Positions 25,686 through 41,627 of a stretch of DNA of 64,000 nt are shown in pieces. Both the position numbers and the translations under genes were made by a program. The stretch comes from Octopus vulgaris. Taxonomy: Eukaryota. The DNA is taken from NCBI GenBank assembly GCA_951406725.2, contig OX597814.1, positions 25,978,001-26,042,000 of the forward strand, in the 5' to 3' direction. The notes under the pieces were generated by a model, which worked only from the letters and a program-made list of their open reading frames with translations, was not told where the DNA came from and ran no database searches. Each line of letters begins with the position of its first letter. Positions within the stretch are counted from its first letter, which is position 1.

Positions 25686-27482
25686 TGTATCTTCAACATT
25701 TCAGTCCAAGAGAATTTAAGTTTAGATTTTCATGATAATGTTCTGTAGGATATTGCTTTCATTTTCAATGTCTTATAATCTTTACCAATAATTAAGTATG
25801 GTTTCATAGTATGATGTGCATGAATGACAAAATTTTCTCCTAAGGATGCATGTCTATTTCAGTTAGCATTCTCTTATGATCTGGTTCCTATTTCCAGTAG
25901 CTATACAAAATTAATCAGCCTAAAATAAAACATCTGATTTAGAAAAACAGTGAAAATATGAAAAATAGATTAGAATTCTTGATGCATGAATAGGAGCACA
26001 ATATGATATTCCAAGTGATGCACCAACATGGTCATAGTCCAATGACTAAAATAAATAAAAGAGCCAAAGATGAGTTCTGAAGTTTTATGCAATTCTTAAA
26101 TTTTTTGCACATGCTAACTGACAAGGGCCAAACTTACATTGAGGAATCTGTGACAGTACTAGAAAAAAAGATATCAAAATTTGCAACGTGCATAAATTTC
26201 CCAACATGAGAGTCTCGATATGGTTACAGGAAAGATTATTTTCTAATGATCTTTTTATAACTGCAACTTGAAGAGTTGCCTTGTAAAGAATTATGACAAA
26301 GCATGTGTAGTTAAATTGAACTCTTCTTTTATACGTGCATGCTGTACAATGCACTACCCACACAGCTATTTCTTTTCTACGTTAGCTTCAAAAGTGAAGC
26401 GAAATGGTTTGAACTAGAAATCAAAACAAATGTCACCAACTGGATTTGCTTCTATTCTAAAAAGGCTTTCTTTTGCAAGTGTTGTGCCTTAAAACATTAC
26501 TGCTTCTAAACCATCTTTCATGTACAGCCAAATAACTATTAATTTATCACTTCAGTAACACTGGTATGACCTAAAGGTACATTTTATTTGAAGGTTACTA
26601 AAGTCCTTTAATGACTTCAGCTGACCCCTAAATTCATATGAACATAAGTTATCTATATTATAACCTGTAGAAATTTTAAATGGAGATCATAAGAGCATGG
26701 TTTAAATAATTCACCTAAAGGCTATGGGCTTCAGATGTAACATAAAAATGGAAATACTCAAAGGAGTCAATAGCTAATAGATTTTGATACTTCTAAAATG
26801 ATTTTATCACATATAAAGACATAGATTAAGGAAGTGAAATATTGATTTCTAACATTGGCACAAGGCCATACACTTGTAAGAGGGTGGTGCAGTCAATTCA
26901 GTCAACTCCATGATGGAAGGTATTTTATTGGCCATGCAAAGGTGAAATATTGACATCAACTATATATGGTAGTTGATGGATTTTGAATAGAAACAATATT
27001 TACTTGCAGGCATAATTTAACACAATGTGTGTGCAGCTGTAAGCACACACACCTAATACATACACACACAAAACCACACACAGAGACGCAAATACATATG
27101 TGCACATGTGTGTATGATGTACATGTGCACATGTGTGTATATATGCATATATATATATATATATATATATTAGTGTGTACATGTATAGTTGAGATAGTTA
27201 GACAGAGAGGACACACAATGCATTCTTGTTTTCTTCTGAAAAATACAGGTCATATAATGATTAAAAACCTCACTACTGTACAAGACATGTAACTTTTCTT
27301 GCCTTAGTGTCCTTCGTTTACTAATTAGTGCCATTCCTGCTCTATAGATGAGAGGTTAAAAGTCAAAAGGATATCCACTTGTATAAACAAATTCTCCAGC
27401 ATATAGATTTCCAAATTTAATCAAACTATCTCACACTGGATGTCTATGAAAATGTATTTGAGTTAATTTTCCATACATAGAT

Positions 27483-27638
27483 ACACACACACACACCACC
27501 ACCACCGCCACCGCCACCACCACCAAACCCACAACCACCACCACCACAACCACCACCACCACCACCACTACCACCACACACACACGCACATACACACATA
27601 CATTCATGCATTTATACATGCATACATACATGCATACA

Positions 27639-27668
<30 letters not shown>
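27483..27668. repeat. Compound (CA)n-(ACC)n-(CATA)n microsatellite
   Basis: Direct reading of the sequence. Confidence 0.9.
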
Positions 27669-27669
<1 letters not shown>

Positions 27670-28249
27670 GAGACAGGAACCGTTAGTCATATGTTGTATA
27701 TGTCATGTGTCTAGTAGATGTGAATGTCTTGTCTAAAGTTATGAAAAAAAGGAGCATCTATGGTGCACTAATAAAGAATGTATAGCTCTTGTCTCTGATT
27801 ACAGATTTTCATTTATACCTGTTATCATAACTGCACTGGTTCAAGCATTGACAAAAAAGCCACAAAATTCTGGAGATTTCCAAGAAGGAACAGAGTAACC
27901 TAATTTACATTTTTTAAACCCAATTCATTAGTTGTAAGTGGAGATTTCTAAAATGTTCCAAAGATATTTTCACTTGAGTTTCCTGGAATGAACATATGTA
28001 AACACTCATGCAAGCATATGGCATACACATGCATACACAGAATTTTTAAATACTTACACATTCATGCACATGCATTACACTAGTGCAAATATATTAACAT
28101 TTTTCTGTATGACACTGATATTGAGAAGAAAGAGGCATATAAATGCTACAATTGTTGAAAAAGTAGAATGAGTGGGAGAAAAAGACAGAGACAAACAGAC
28201 AGAGACAAGCAAAGAAAGAGGGATGGGGATGTTTTCTCAAGTTGGCCTA

Positions 28250-29150
28250 ACAGAGAGTTAGTTATTAAAGTTGAAGGTTATGCAATCAAATCCACAGAAG
28301 TTCTCAGTTAAGAACAAGCCACTGTACTACCTAGCATTCAATTACTCGGAAGAAAATCTTTGACAGGGTCTTTCATCTTGCAGTTTAGTGTTTACTAAGA
28401 AAACTGGGTATAGCAGACTGGCTTGTGAGAGCTGTACCCACTATGTGTAGCATGCTGTTAGCAAGATGAGAATTAGCAACAAGTTCATTAAAGAATTTAG
28501 CTTACATGTATGTCTCCATTAGGGACAAGTTTTCAGCCCTTTCATTATAGTTCTCCAGGCTATCACATGCTATCCATTGGAATTCCTATATACTGGCACT
28601 TCCATAAGTAAAACTGTCAACGGTTAAACTTCTAGTTAGCAAATAAGAATACAGAGCTCTGTTGCTACCAAGAAAATATCTATGATCAGTTGTAGGTAGG
28701 AATCCTGTGCTGTGAACCCAATGTAAGTTATAGGTGCACAAGAGATGCAATTAGGCAATTGGTTCATAGACAGCCCTGACAGAAAAGAAGGGCTTCGAAT
28801 GAAGCTGATGCATTGGATTGGTTAAAAGGAAGAACACCAACAAAACGTTTTTGAAAGCCTGGTAAACTTGCTCAAAAAGTAGAAGACATCTTGTCTTAGT
28901 CTTACTTATGATATCTAACTAGCAGTAAAAGTGAGCGTCTTCGGATCATAATTGATAGTGTGATGAAAAGGGAAAAATAAACTCTATTGGCAACAAAAAC
29001 CTTTTCTCTCCAAGTGAAAGGTGCATCGTATGATTTGGTGTACAAAATGTAATATTACATGATAGCAAAATCATGGCTACTGAATGCATAGGATGTACAA
29101 AGACAACAAAAATAAAATGGAGCCAGCATGTGTAATGTTAGTATGTATGA
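28250..29150 (+). mobile_element. Highly decayed RTE-clade RT fragment (second family)
   Basis: Remnants of SLRKLGIADWLVRAV, VSKMRI, LH*GQVFSP (GVHQGSVLSP) and LEFLY. Boundaries are approximate. Confidence 0.6.
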
Positions 29151-32100
29151 ACAATGGGACACACATAAGCTTCTCATAGCATTTCTACCACCTTAAAACC
29201 CTCTCATCTCTCCCCTTCAGACCTACCACCACCTTACTTACCTGTATCACCTTACACAGCAATATGCCAGTCCAAGTGTTCCTGCCATTTTTGGAATCTG
29301 GCCTGTAAGTCATTTTCCGTAAGTGAGTAGAGGACCTTCTGTGATGCACTTTGGATCTCGACAACAGTATTAAAATGGTGACCTTTGAGTTGCATGTTAC
29401 AGAACTAGTCTGGGAACTTTTTGATACCACCTTATATTTTCTGTTTCTCATGTCTCTTTCCACCCATATGTAGGGTAGTCCTTGATTCCTCCTACTCAAT
29501 TCACCTTATCTCTCACACCAATTTGTCCCTCTCTTTTTTCCCTAACCCCTAACACTAATTCATTCCATCTCCCCTCCCTCCCCCAATAGCATCTGTACTG
29601 TTTTTCTCTCCACTCCATTATCATTCTCTCACAACTGCAAATCTATTCCAATCATTATGCTTTACTTTTTCTCATCACCTTACCTGAATTTATCACATAA
29701 TTTGTCTCTCTATCTAATCTGTCTAACTAGTTATCACTATGTTTCCTTTTCTTTCCCATTTTCTTTCAGTTATTGAAACCTCTTTAGATTCTTTAGTCTT
29801 GCAAGTTGGGAGGTAACCTCTGTACATTTTGTGCTAGGAAAAAGAAACCATGCTAAAACAGACACTGGAGCACTATGCAGGCCTCCAACTTGTTAGATTC
29901 TATCAAACTGTCCAACTCTTGCCCACACAGAGAGTGGACATTGATGGATCTTTGAGAAGGAGTGTGATGCTGAACATGCTTAGAATGAAGAAACAAGACC
30001 TGTCAGAGAGTAGATGAACACTGGTGAGTCAGTAGATATCCTGTGATGTGGGTATATACACACACTAAATATGTGTATGTTGAGTGTCATGTTTTCATTT
30101 CCTTCAAATGAGGTATGAAACAAATAAGTAGCCTCCGTCTCCACAGCTTCAAATCTGGCAGTAGCTGGTTAATGGAGAAACATTAGATGCAGGCAGTAAC
30201 ATATTGTACTGGGTAAGAAGCCATGATGCTAATCAAACATCTGAAATGGTATTTTATGGCTGAGATATACACCAAGTTAGATGGTAGTGCAAGTTCTGGA
30301 GACAACCTCAGCCACTTTTGCTATTACCTGCATCATCATACAAACTCAGTTGTTTTGATGTTATCTAGTAACTGGCTGAATTGTGAGAGAATGAGAAAGT
30401 AAGTCTGATGTGCTTCACGCTTTATAAAAACCTAGCACTAGTTTAGTATCTGCATCAAGAAAATAAGACTATTTCATAAATGATAAGCCACCAACTAAAG
30501 GTCAGTCTTGCTGTGGAGGTTGAAGTGTCTTACTGATCTGCAAAAATGAAATACTGCCATTTCCATAGTTTCAGGTATATAGAAGATGTATATAGGTGGG
30601 AGCAGTTGTTGTTTCTTGAACCTGTGCCTGATGACTGCTTCATTTTTTGAAGTGCTATATAGTTAGTCATGGTCACCTATCATGGCTGAAATATTTTTAA
30701 ACCACAGATGACAGAGTTTTCATAGTGGCAGTGAGTACATCACACATTTGTGAAATGATATACTTTCACTGCCATAGCTTCAACCATACAGAAGTATAGA
30801 CAGGAGCAGTTTTAATTCCCTTTCACCCTTCAAGGATGTATTTTCTGCTGAGGTGTCATATGGTTGAAGTCATTGCCTTTATTGAACACCACAGGGCAAA
30901 CAACTTTATGCATCATCTTCTGTTTCCTTCTTTATTTCTTACTTTCTTTCTACTTTTATTTCATTGTCTTCTTTCAAGTCATTATCAATATTATAACATT
31001 AGATAGATGAGCCTGCCATCCAATATAATATAATGTCAATCTCTCAATTGTTTGTCATCTTTCTTTAGAATCTTAGCATCCTAAGATCTCCTCTCACAAC
31101 CTTTTGCCCAAAAATTCAAACAGTGGTACCAATTTTTCACTCAGCAATCATTATTTTATTACACATCCTTACAAATATAATACTTCTCTCATTTAACCTC
31201 GTTTAAACAGATTAAGCCATTTCAGTATTCACACCTATACACCTTTTTGGTTGGCATAATCTCCTATCTTCATCAAATGTCTCATTTCTGGATACAAACA
31301 TAGCAGTTGGGTTAAATATGAACTAGTCACTTTGATTGTCAAAATACTGCTAGTTACTACAAGTTAATTAAGCTAACAACTCAGCTTGAGAGAGTTTTGA
31401 CACAATGACTAATGAATAAGTAGAAAGAGAAAGCAACTGTTTCTGCATTATAATTTTATATATCTATGTAACTTGCTCAGAATAAGAGGTAAAATTTTTG
31501 AGACAAACACACAATGGTAGCTAAAATAGAGATTGATATATTTAAAGAATAAACTCTCAGGACAATTCGTCCACAATAAAATATGACATCTATTGCTAGA
31601 ACTTCAATAAGAACATTTCTTAAGGTGACTGCTTTTAGGGAAAAATATGACTGAAGCTATTCAAAGTCTACATTAAACTAATTACACATGGGAGTTATTA
31701 ATTTTTTCTCAATAAGGAGAGAAGCAAATTGTATAAATCAAAAAGAATTATTTTTCTGAAATAATTTTTGTAAAATCAATAGAATCAAAATGAACTCTTA
31801 TATTGAGGCTGTTCTGAAGTCCCAGGGCAGCCCTGACCTAAAATACTTTTGATCAAAGACATTCCATCCAGGACTATCCTATGCTTTTAGGATATCTCCC
31901 ACCACCACATTCTCTCTCTCATTCATTCTCTTTCTCTCTTTCTTCATGTAGCATGACCTCCTCCACTTCTATCCCATATACAACTTAACATGGTATTGAA
32001 TGAGTCTTTCTGAATGGTCTGGTATCTTCTCTCTCTATCTTCCTCAGTTTCTCTTCCTTTCAGCAAGATGTATTTAGCAATACATTATTCAATATGGCCT

Positions 32101-32830
32101 TCACTTTATCAAGATCAGAAGATACGAATTTAAGGAGATAAGCCTGCTGTTTCTAGTATGTTGAGCAACTACATAGAGGCTCCCTGAGGATGGTGGAAGT
32201 AATCAGAAAAGAAGACTTGCCATAGTTTGGACAAAACATAATACATAACATTATAATAGGAAATGTTTTGATGTGTTGCATACAGAATCTCTATTTGATA
32301 CTACATGAACTGTAATACCAATTGCACAATTAAATCAATCACACTAAATTAGAATTAGTTAGCACTGTTGTGTCATTGAGAACTGAGTACATTTTAAAAA
32401 AGTTTTGTAAGTTAACAATTGTCTGAATCAATTCTAAAAAACCATACTCAAGTACATATATTCAGAAATATAAAATTATATTGTAACTTTTTATAATCCA
32501 CAAAAGAAATTTTTTTTCTTTATAAGTAAACAGGACAATCTAACTAATAGAAGCTTGGAGCAAAATGTATTCAATGAAATAAGGAAATATTTTGATTTTT
32601 AAAGATTTCACTTTTAAGAGAAATTTTATAAAGATTATATTAAGGTGGAACAACAGCAAAAATAAAAGTAAATAGGAGAATGGGTGGGTAGTCTAGTTTT
32701 TGAAGACTGTGGATTTCATTTCCTGCACATCCATTGATAGAAAATTTTAATAAATCTATTATCCAATAGTCTTCAGGTAAAACTGTATATTAGAAATAAA
32801 GTTTCCAACTTTAAAACTATCCAAAAGGCA

Positions 32831-32867
<37 letters not shown>

Positions 32868-33597
32868 ATACGTGTGTGTAACATTTTTAAAGCAATGTCT
32901 AGAGATGGCAAGAAGAAAAAAATTAATAATTGGTGGAATCATCCAGAATACTTGCTTTTCATTCTTTTGCATTGCATTACCTTCCCTCTTGTTTACATTT
33001 TGTTTTAAGTATAGACATAGTTTTGTGGTTAAGAAGTTCTGCTTTGGGTTCAGTTCTACCATACAGTTTCTTAGACAAGTGTCTTCTAAAATAGCCATGA
33101 TCCAACAAATACCTCATCAGTGGATCCAAACACCACATATGTGCAAGGCAAACTTTTTAACCATGCAGTCAGGGCTCTGCTTATTTCTTAAAACAAGAAA
33201 TACTATATGACTGGTTAATAAAGCAAGTATGTTTTTTTAATTTGATGTTCATAATTTGAAAGGAATGTTTAATCCAAAGATGTTTTTGTGTTCATACCAC
33301 TATGAAGAGTGAAAGGAACGTGTGAAATAGTTAGGATGTGACATGAAAACAAAGTTTAAACAACATTTTTTTCCAGAAGATATACAAAAGAATTGTTTTT
33401 TAAGTAATGTAGGGTTAAGGAAGGGCTATGATAACTGTTTACATTTTATTTTATTCACACCATGTAGATGTACAGGCCACATACAGAACAAGGATAATTG
33501 TATTTATAAATTGTATTATATAAATTGTATTAGGTTGTGCACAAAATTAATTTATTGTTTATAAACTGTATATTATCATCATCATCATCATCATCGG

Positions 33598-33636
<39 letters not shown>

Positions 33637-36611
33637 TATCGGCATCATCATTGTTACCATTTAATGTCCTGTTTTCCATGCTCGCATGGGTTAGACAGAA
33701 TTTGATGAGGCAGATTTTCTATGGCTGGATATTCTTTCTGTCACCAACCTTCACCTGTTTCCTAGCAAGATAATATTTCTCCCTAGCTTGACATGTTTTT
33801 CATGGAAGACTAGAAAGACACCACTTGTATGATGATGATGTCCTCACAGATTGATGAGTTTGATGTGGTCCATATCCAAAGTGAAGATCAGCAGATCAGT
33901 TGCAGGGGAAAATATGAACAGAGATAGAACTGGATATTTAGTTTGAATTTCTCCAACACAGTGAAATGCAGTTATGCCACCCCATCTAGGCCTTTAGTGG
34001 AATTCACTGCATTAAACTAAACAAGATGGTTGGTCTTCAAGCAAAAACACTAAAATATGACTTTAAATATGACTAAAATATGAATCTACTTAAAGGATGA
34101 AAATGACTTTAATGGTAAACAATGACACCTGATGTGTAATTAACTGAAATAATCATATCTATAAAACATGATATTATCAATTGAAGATAATGTTTTCCTC
34201 CCTTTTCTTTTCCTCCTCTGTTCTTTTCTGTCTTACAGTTTACATGGCAGCCTCACCTGTGCCAATAGCATATAAAAAGCACCGACTATATTCTGTAAAG
34301 TGGTTGACATTAGGAATAGCACCTAGCTAGAGAAATCATGCTAAAGATGACACTGGAGCTCAGTCACAGCTCTGAAGCTCACCAGTTCCCTGTCAAACCT
34401 TCCTACCCATGCCAGCATGAAAAGCAGGTGTTAAATGATAATGGTGATGAATGTTAGTATAATAAAAGTAAAAGAAAAGTGTTAACAACATAGAACTTTC
34501 TATTTTACTGAAACATTGTCATCAGGCTACAATCACTATACCTATTTAAAATGCATATACTTATATATTCACTTTTGCTGTTTTATTTTATTATGTTGTT
34601 TATCAAATTTGTCTACAGCTTAGTAAAAGACACTGTACTTTCTTATATTTACATCCCTGAAGTAATTATTGTTAGAATTGATCTTGAGGAAGAGGCTACA
34701 CCATAGCCCTCTTAGCCACTCCAAGACCAGTAAGATTGATACCATTAATGTTTCACTTAAACTGTTGTAAGTCAATGACTGCAGAAAATACACGGCACAG
34801 ATTGAGGATTCCTGAGAGACAATGACTGGATGTTGTGATTACTGCAAATCCTGGGTACTTGAGTATAACCAGTGTAATGAGTGGAAGAGCGACGTGGGAG
34901 TCACAAGTGCTTAAATAGAGATGGTATGAGACTAGCTAGCTCCAAAAATCAGAGGCCATGGTAGTATCAGAAATAAAGACAAAGGAAGGAGACAACACAT
35001 CTGTGGGCCAAAGGCTGGATTCATATCTGTAAGTGACTTAATGCCAATCAGTCAAGTGGCCTTTCTCTTGATGTTCACTGGGATATCTCTGTGTATAACA
35101 GCAGCAGTGCCAACCCAGCAATACCAACCAATCAGAACTCCATTGTAGGTTTCACCTGAGGTTTGGTAGTTGTCGAGGGCTGAAATATTTTCTGGTTTTG
35201 AAAAGAAAGGCTAACCTTTACAATGTTAAAGATGTACACAATAGAGACCCTAACTGAAAGTGAAGCCTAGCATTTAGAGTGATCTTGAGGGATCTAGTTG
35301 ATTGCTTGTCATATTTTTATTGGGATGAGATGTGATATTTTTGTGTGTAGTGATTGTGTTACAAATTTGTGTATTAGTATTTTCACTTAATAATATTGCT
35401 ATTTAATATTGCATAATATTATTACAAACTATCAATAACCTAAAAGGGAATGTGTATGCTTTCAAAGGCTTACAATCACTCTACCATGGTGCAGTTAATT
35501 TGGTCCCATCACATGAACAGAGGAAAACAAAAACATTTGTATATAAATAAACTTGAAATTATTTCTTATTTATTCAAATATCTTCCCACCCGTCTTTCTT
35601 CATAGTGTTAAACAAAAACCAAATACAAAATCAAGTGAGATGCAATCTTGCAAATTGCAACATAAGAATAGAGTGGTAGGAATGAAATGTGTTGTGATAA
35701 GGAAGCAGAGAAAGGGAAATGAATCAGAAGATTGATAAAAAAGAAACTTATCAACAAAATCATGGCAGCAGCCATAATAATAAAAACAAAATAAATTCTA
35801 TAGCAATGAAAGCAACATCTAAAAGTTGCAAATAAGACTAGGAGTGATGAGACAAGAAGTTTTCATCCAGTTTCTGGGGACATTTGTTATTCTGAAAGTC
35901 GATGTGTGGTTTTCTACTCCTGAGGGAAGTTTAACTGTTCTGAAGAAAAGTAGACCAGGTGAAATCTGAAGAAGAACTGATTAAAATAGAAGTTTGGAAC
36001 ACAGCAGAAGAGAAATGAAATCACTGGATCGTATGAGGATAGCATGTACTGAAAAGAGAGAGTGAATGAGTGAATGAGAGAATGAAAGAGAGATAGAAAT
36101 AAGAGTGAGTAAGAAAGAAAAGACAAAGTAGTTAACTGTCAGAATAGAGGTTAAAGATAACATTGAAGAAAAATATTTTGAATTCATCCCAAATCTATTC
36201 TACTGGCATGAATGATTAATAAACATGTCCATCACTTGGCCAAATCTCCCACTATCTTTTTAACAAGTCCTCTATATCTTTGCTCCACTCAGCTGATTTC
36301 AGCTGCTGACATTGTATACTATAATACCCAAATCTATTTAACTCTTTCCTGTCTTTGTTTTGTTGTTTTTATTGTTGGTGTATTTTCCTTTTCCATTTCT
36401 TTTCTTTTTTTTTTTTTTCTTTTTTGTCATTGCATTGAGAGAAATCTTTGTTCATCAGATGCAAATATTCAGTGCGATAAGGAGTGAGTGACCTGCATTC
36501 ATTTCAGCTATTCCTGCAGATATGGTAGAACATTCTACCAGGAGTTATCAGTGTTTATTCAAATCAATCACAGCTAACTAAAGTTAACATTTTATCTCAG
36601 AGGTGTGCACT

Positions 36612-36614
<3 letters not shown>

Positions 36615-36643
<29 letters not shown>

Positions 36644-37037
36644 TTTATATAAAACTATCAGTTTCCTTTCTGTCTTTATAAGTTCATTCAAATATGCACA
36701 TGCATTTGCATGAACTTATAAATACACTTGTGTATATGATACATGTGAGAGAGAGAGAGAGAAGAGGAGGAGGAGGAGGAGGAGAGGGAGAGAAAGAAAG
36801 TGAAGGAGAGAGTGAGAGAGAAAAAGAGAGAGAGCATCTATCACCTATGAATGAAAATGTGTTCATGTACATCCTTGCTTGCATGTGTTTATGCATGTGT
36901 ATGAGTGTAGTGTTTGAAATTATATAACTGCATATATACATGGGACCATGTGTATCATGCATATATGCATGAAGATATACAGATATATGTATATATGTAT
37001 ACACATGTGTGTGTGCGTATACACATACATATAAACG

Positions 37038-37075
<38 letters not shown>

Positions 37076-37172
37076 CTTACATAATACTTATACACTGATA
37101 CATTCATATATATTGCTTGCTAATGTATGGACATATGTGAGTGTATCAATATATATTTATATATCAATATAC

Positions 37173-37222
<50 letters not shown>

Positions 37223-37259
37223 CATACATACATACATATACATATAAGTATATATATAC

Positions 37260-37293
<34 letters not shown>

Positions 37294-37520
37294 GAACATA
37301 TATCAATATATATTTATGAGTATTTGCGTGTGTGCATGTGCATACATGTTTGTATGTGTATGTATTTACAATATATATAGATGTACAAACATATACTCAT
37401 CAAGTTATGCACTCTACAGGTACAAATCCACCTCTTGTCACTTCTTCTCCTATTGATCTCTCCCTCTCTCTCTCTCTCTCTTTTCACTGTTCCCCTTGCT
37501 TTCTCTCTATCTCACTCACA
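36615..37520. repeat. Compound microsatellite and low-complexity block (CA, GA, TA, TACA)
   Basis: Direct reading; accounts for the pseudo-ORFs in this interval. Confidence 0.9.
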
Positions 37521-38335
37521 TAAGCCGCAAACTGTGAAAACATTCACTTATGTAGTCCAGTATAAATACTGATATATATCAAGCAGACACTTTGGAAATA
37601 GTTTGAAATCATGGAAAGTTAAATGTATGCATACAGTTTATGACCAAGAGGAAAATAGAGAATACAACTAGAATATACAGTAGCAAAGAGAAAAAATGCA
37701 AATCAAGAGAAAAAATGCAGATCAAAAAAATCATGATTAAAGAGGAAAAACTGCTAAAGGAAAACAAGAAAAAAGAATCGAGGTTTTCGATATGGTAGTG
37801 TGACATTATGTCATGACTTTAGATAAGACTATTGAAGAAATGGCAAAAGTTTGCACTAAAGCAGATATATAGCAGATCAAACCATGATGAAGATTCTGTA
37901 GAAATAGGTGGTGGTTTTGATAATTGGCAATAGCTTGTGCTCTCAGGAATATGAATGAGGGTATTATGTATACTTAGGAATTACTGAAACTTACAAGTAT
38001 TGCTAAGTATACACTGATGGACATATCTACACAAGAGAGAGAAATCTGTATAAAATATTAACTGTATCAAATAAGTATAGAGGGAAAAGCATGTTGATAT
38101 ATTGACATGTTTTATTTCTTTTATTTATTTATATATTTATTTTGGTTATTGGACCTTTGGATCTTGATGTTGTTGTTTATTATTTAATTGCAGGCCAGTT
38201 CCAATCTATTCAGCAGAGTTATGATATGAGAGTTTCTGCTATAACCATCCCATCATACATTTTCACTGTGAATATTTATACCTAACACATCATTTATAGA
38301 TTACTTACACCTAGAAAGACTTGGTATGAACTAAC

Positions 38336-38838
<503 letters not shown>

Positions 38839-38856
38839 TATATATATATATATACA

Positions 38857-40109
38857 CAGGGTGTCCCCAAAAAATGTATGCACACTTTAAACAATTGTAA
38901 AGTAGTTGTTTATTAAAAGACACTTCATTTTCAAAATTTAATAGAATCTACAGACATTATTTTATTGTTTTGTCAATGCCTGTTTTCAAACTGATGTCCG
39001 GTCTGGTCCAGGCACTGCTGACAATGCAAAGGAATGGAATCACAAATATCACAAAAGAATTTGTTTGGTATTTGTGTGCACTCTCATCCAATGGCTGCTC
39101 TCAAATCAGCGACTTGTAGGTTTCATAGCGTAGAATTTGTCTTTAAGGTATCCCCATAAAAAAAAAGTCTAGTGGTGTGAGGTCTGGTGAATTCAACCAT
39201 ACCTCTTCATCCAATCCACCTGTTTAGCAAGATCTCATCAAGGAAGGATCTAACATAGCAATGGTAGTGTGGGGGTGCCCCATCTTGCTGAAAATAAAAC
39301 TCCTCTTCTTCAAAGTCTTCTCTAATGCTTGGCATAACAGACTGTTGCAACAAGTTCAAGTAAACGGGACCAGTCACAGTAACATAAAAAAAGGATGGTC
39401 CAATTAATCCTCTTGATGATAAACCACACCACACCACACAAATATCAAATTACCATGGTGTTTCACCATAACATGCAGATTCTCAGGACCCTAGTAGGTG
39501 CAATTGTGGCAGTTAATTGAACCATTTAATTTGAATGTGGCTTCATCACTCCACACAATCTTTGTTGGAAAGTGTGCAGCTTCTACATATCGTTCCAAGT
39601 ACCACTCGCAATGCTGCACTCTTTCGTCTGGATCATCATCATTAATAGCATGGACTAATCTTGGAATGTAACTTTTCCATTGACAATGCTTCAAAATGCA
39701 TTGGACAGATGATTTTGGAATACCTACCCCATGACTCGCTTTGCCGTACAGATTTTCTTGGACTTTGGTGATTCATTTCCAGTACTCCTTGCTTTGTTGG
39801 GGTTGTTGATGTTCGGGGTCTTCTGGAATGCTTATCGTGGACATTCTGAACAGTTCCATCAGCTTCAAACTTATCTCTAATTCAAGTGATGAGGAGTTGC
39901 ATTGGTGGATCTGTTTGAAACTCCCTCCCCAACTGTTTTTGCACTTCAACTGCATTTTCACACTTCCAGTATCATTTTAGAATGAATTTTCTTTGTTCAA
40001 AGCTTAATCTGACTGCCATCATTAAATCCTATAGGTTTCATCTGGAAAGAAAAAATATCAATTGAGTTATCAGCTGCTAAAGTGTGTATACATTTTTGGG
40101 GACACCCTG
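38857..40109 (-). mobile_element. Tc1/mariner element, DD41D (rosa/Visitor)-like, decayed transposase
   Basis: TIRs cagggtgtccccaaaaaatgtatgcacacttta / taaagtgtgtatacatttttggggacaccctg-ta. Motifs [41 protein letters not shown] and SPDLTPLDFF. Family assignment is inferred from the motifs. Confidence 0.88.
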
Positions 40110-40387
40110 TATATGTATCTAATATAGGATAAAATTTTTCAAAAAAAATTTTATCAATGGCCAGCATATTAAAAAATACCTTTAAAGGTTATAGTGATAA
40201 ATTATATGGTTATTGACGGTTTGTCTATTTTCGGCATATTTGGCATTAGAATTTTTTTCTTTTGCCCTTGTTTATAAGTTGTATATATATATAACAAAAA
40301 TTCTTGAGTTCAGTCTCAGTTACGGAGAAATCTAGCTGAAAATCTGACCTATCCTACTGTGCAGCACATTGGGCAAGTAATCTCTAC

Positions 40388-41627
40388 TATGAGGGTGAAA
40401 AGTTCATAGGCTGACCAAGATACTTTCATGGAATGTGACCAAATGAAGTCTATTTTTCAACATAGTCCTCATTGCTGTCCACACATCTTTTCCATTTGTG
40501 CTGCAGTGCTTGGATCCCACTGATGAAGAACCTACCTTTCGTCCTGTTGCTCAAAAAAGTTATCAGCAGCAGATATGATGTCATCATCACTGTCGTACTT
40601 GACCCCGGCTAAGTGTTTTCGCATTTTAAGGAGAAGATGAGAGTCTGATGCTACCAAATCAGGAAAATAGAGAGATTGATCAACCAGTTCAAATTCACAG
40701 TCACTCACAGCAGCCATGGAAATCAAGGGCCTGTGTGCTGGAGCATTGTCTTGATGAAACAAGACCTCCTTCATCAGTTTTCCTGGCATTTTGATTTTGA
40801 AAGCTTTTTGTAACCACCTCAACAAGCTGGCAAAGTACTTTTTATTGATGGTGTGGTCCTTTTGAACATTGTCAATTAACACAATACCATTTGCATCCCA
40901 AAATCTTAAATCATCACCTTCCCAGCAGCTGAAATGACATTGGCCTTCTTTGGAGTAGGTGAGAATGGGTGGTTCCACTGCATGGATGGTCTCTTTGTTT
41001 CTTGCTCAAAGTGATGAACCCAACACTCATCTTGGATCAGGAAATGATCTGCTTGAAACAATGTCAGATTTTCTTATGATGTGATCAGCCTGACCAGAAA
41101 CGTTCATTGTGTCAAGTTCATTGTGTTGAATATTCTCAACTCTCTCATGGTATATGTTAATAGCATTGGCTATTTGATCTATTGTCAATCACCTTTCATC
41201 CATCACCTTGTGGTGAATACAATCAACGTTTTCCTAAGTGATGCTGGTTGCAGAATGTCCATATCTTGAATCATCTTCAAGACTCTCTCTTCCTCTCCTA
41301 AATTCAGCTGCCCACTTTTGCATTGTTGATAAAGTTGAAGTGTCATCCCCTATTGTAGCAATCGTGTCAGCATGGATGTAATTGGGGGCTAAACCCTTAT
41401 TCTGCAGGAACTTGAAAGTACCATGATGGCAAATTTTGTTCATTTTCAAGAGAAATTGCTGCTAGTTACTTTTGAAGAGTTCTTTGTACAGTCAGACATC
41501 AGTTTACCTGAAAAGAAACAATGCAGTTATTAATAAGAAGAGTTGAGATTAATGCATGCAAGATTTCATGACTCTAGCATCACTCCTTCATAGTCAGTCT
41601 ATGAAGTTTTCAGCCTACTCTCTTGTA
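40388..41627 (-). mobile_element. Mariner (DD34D-type) element with decayed transposase, inserted in a SINE
   Basis: TIRs ta-tgagggtgaaaagttcataggctgac / gtcagtctatgaagttttcagcctactctcttg-ta. ORFs 41234-41449 (HTH; KWAAEFRRGRESLEDD) and 40532-40978 (FWDANGIV, LFHQDNAPAH, YFPDLVASD). Confidence 0.9.

Noticed and set aside
40121-40295. TA-flanked segment that might be another ribozyme-element end
   Set aside because: A GAAA is present on the minus strand but I could not build a CUGANGA core or consistent stems.
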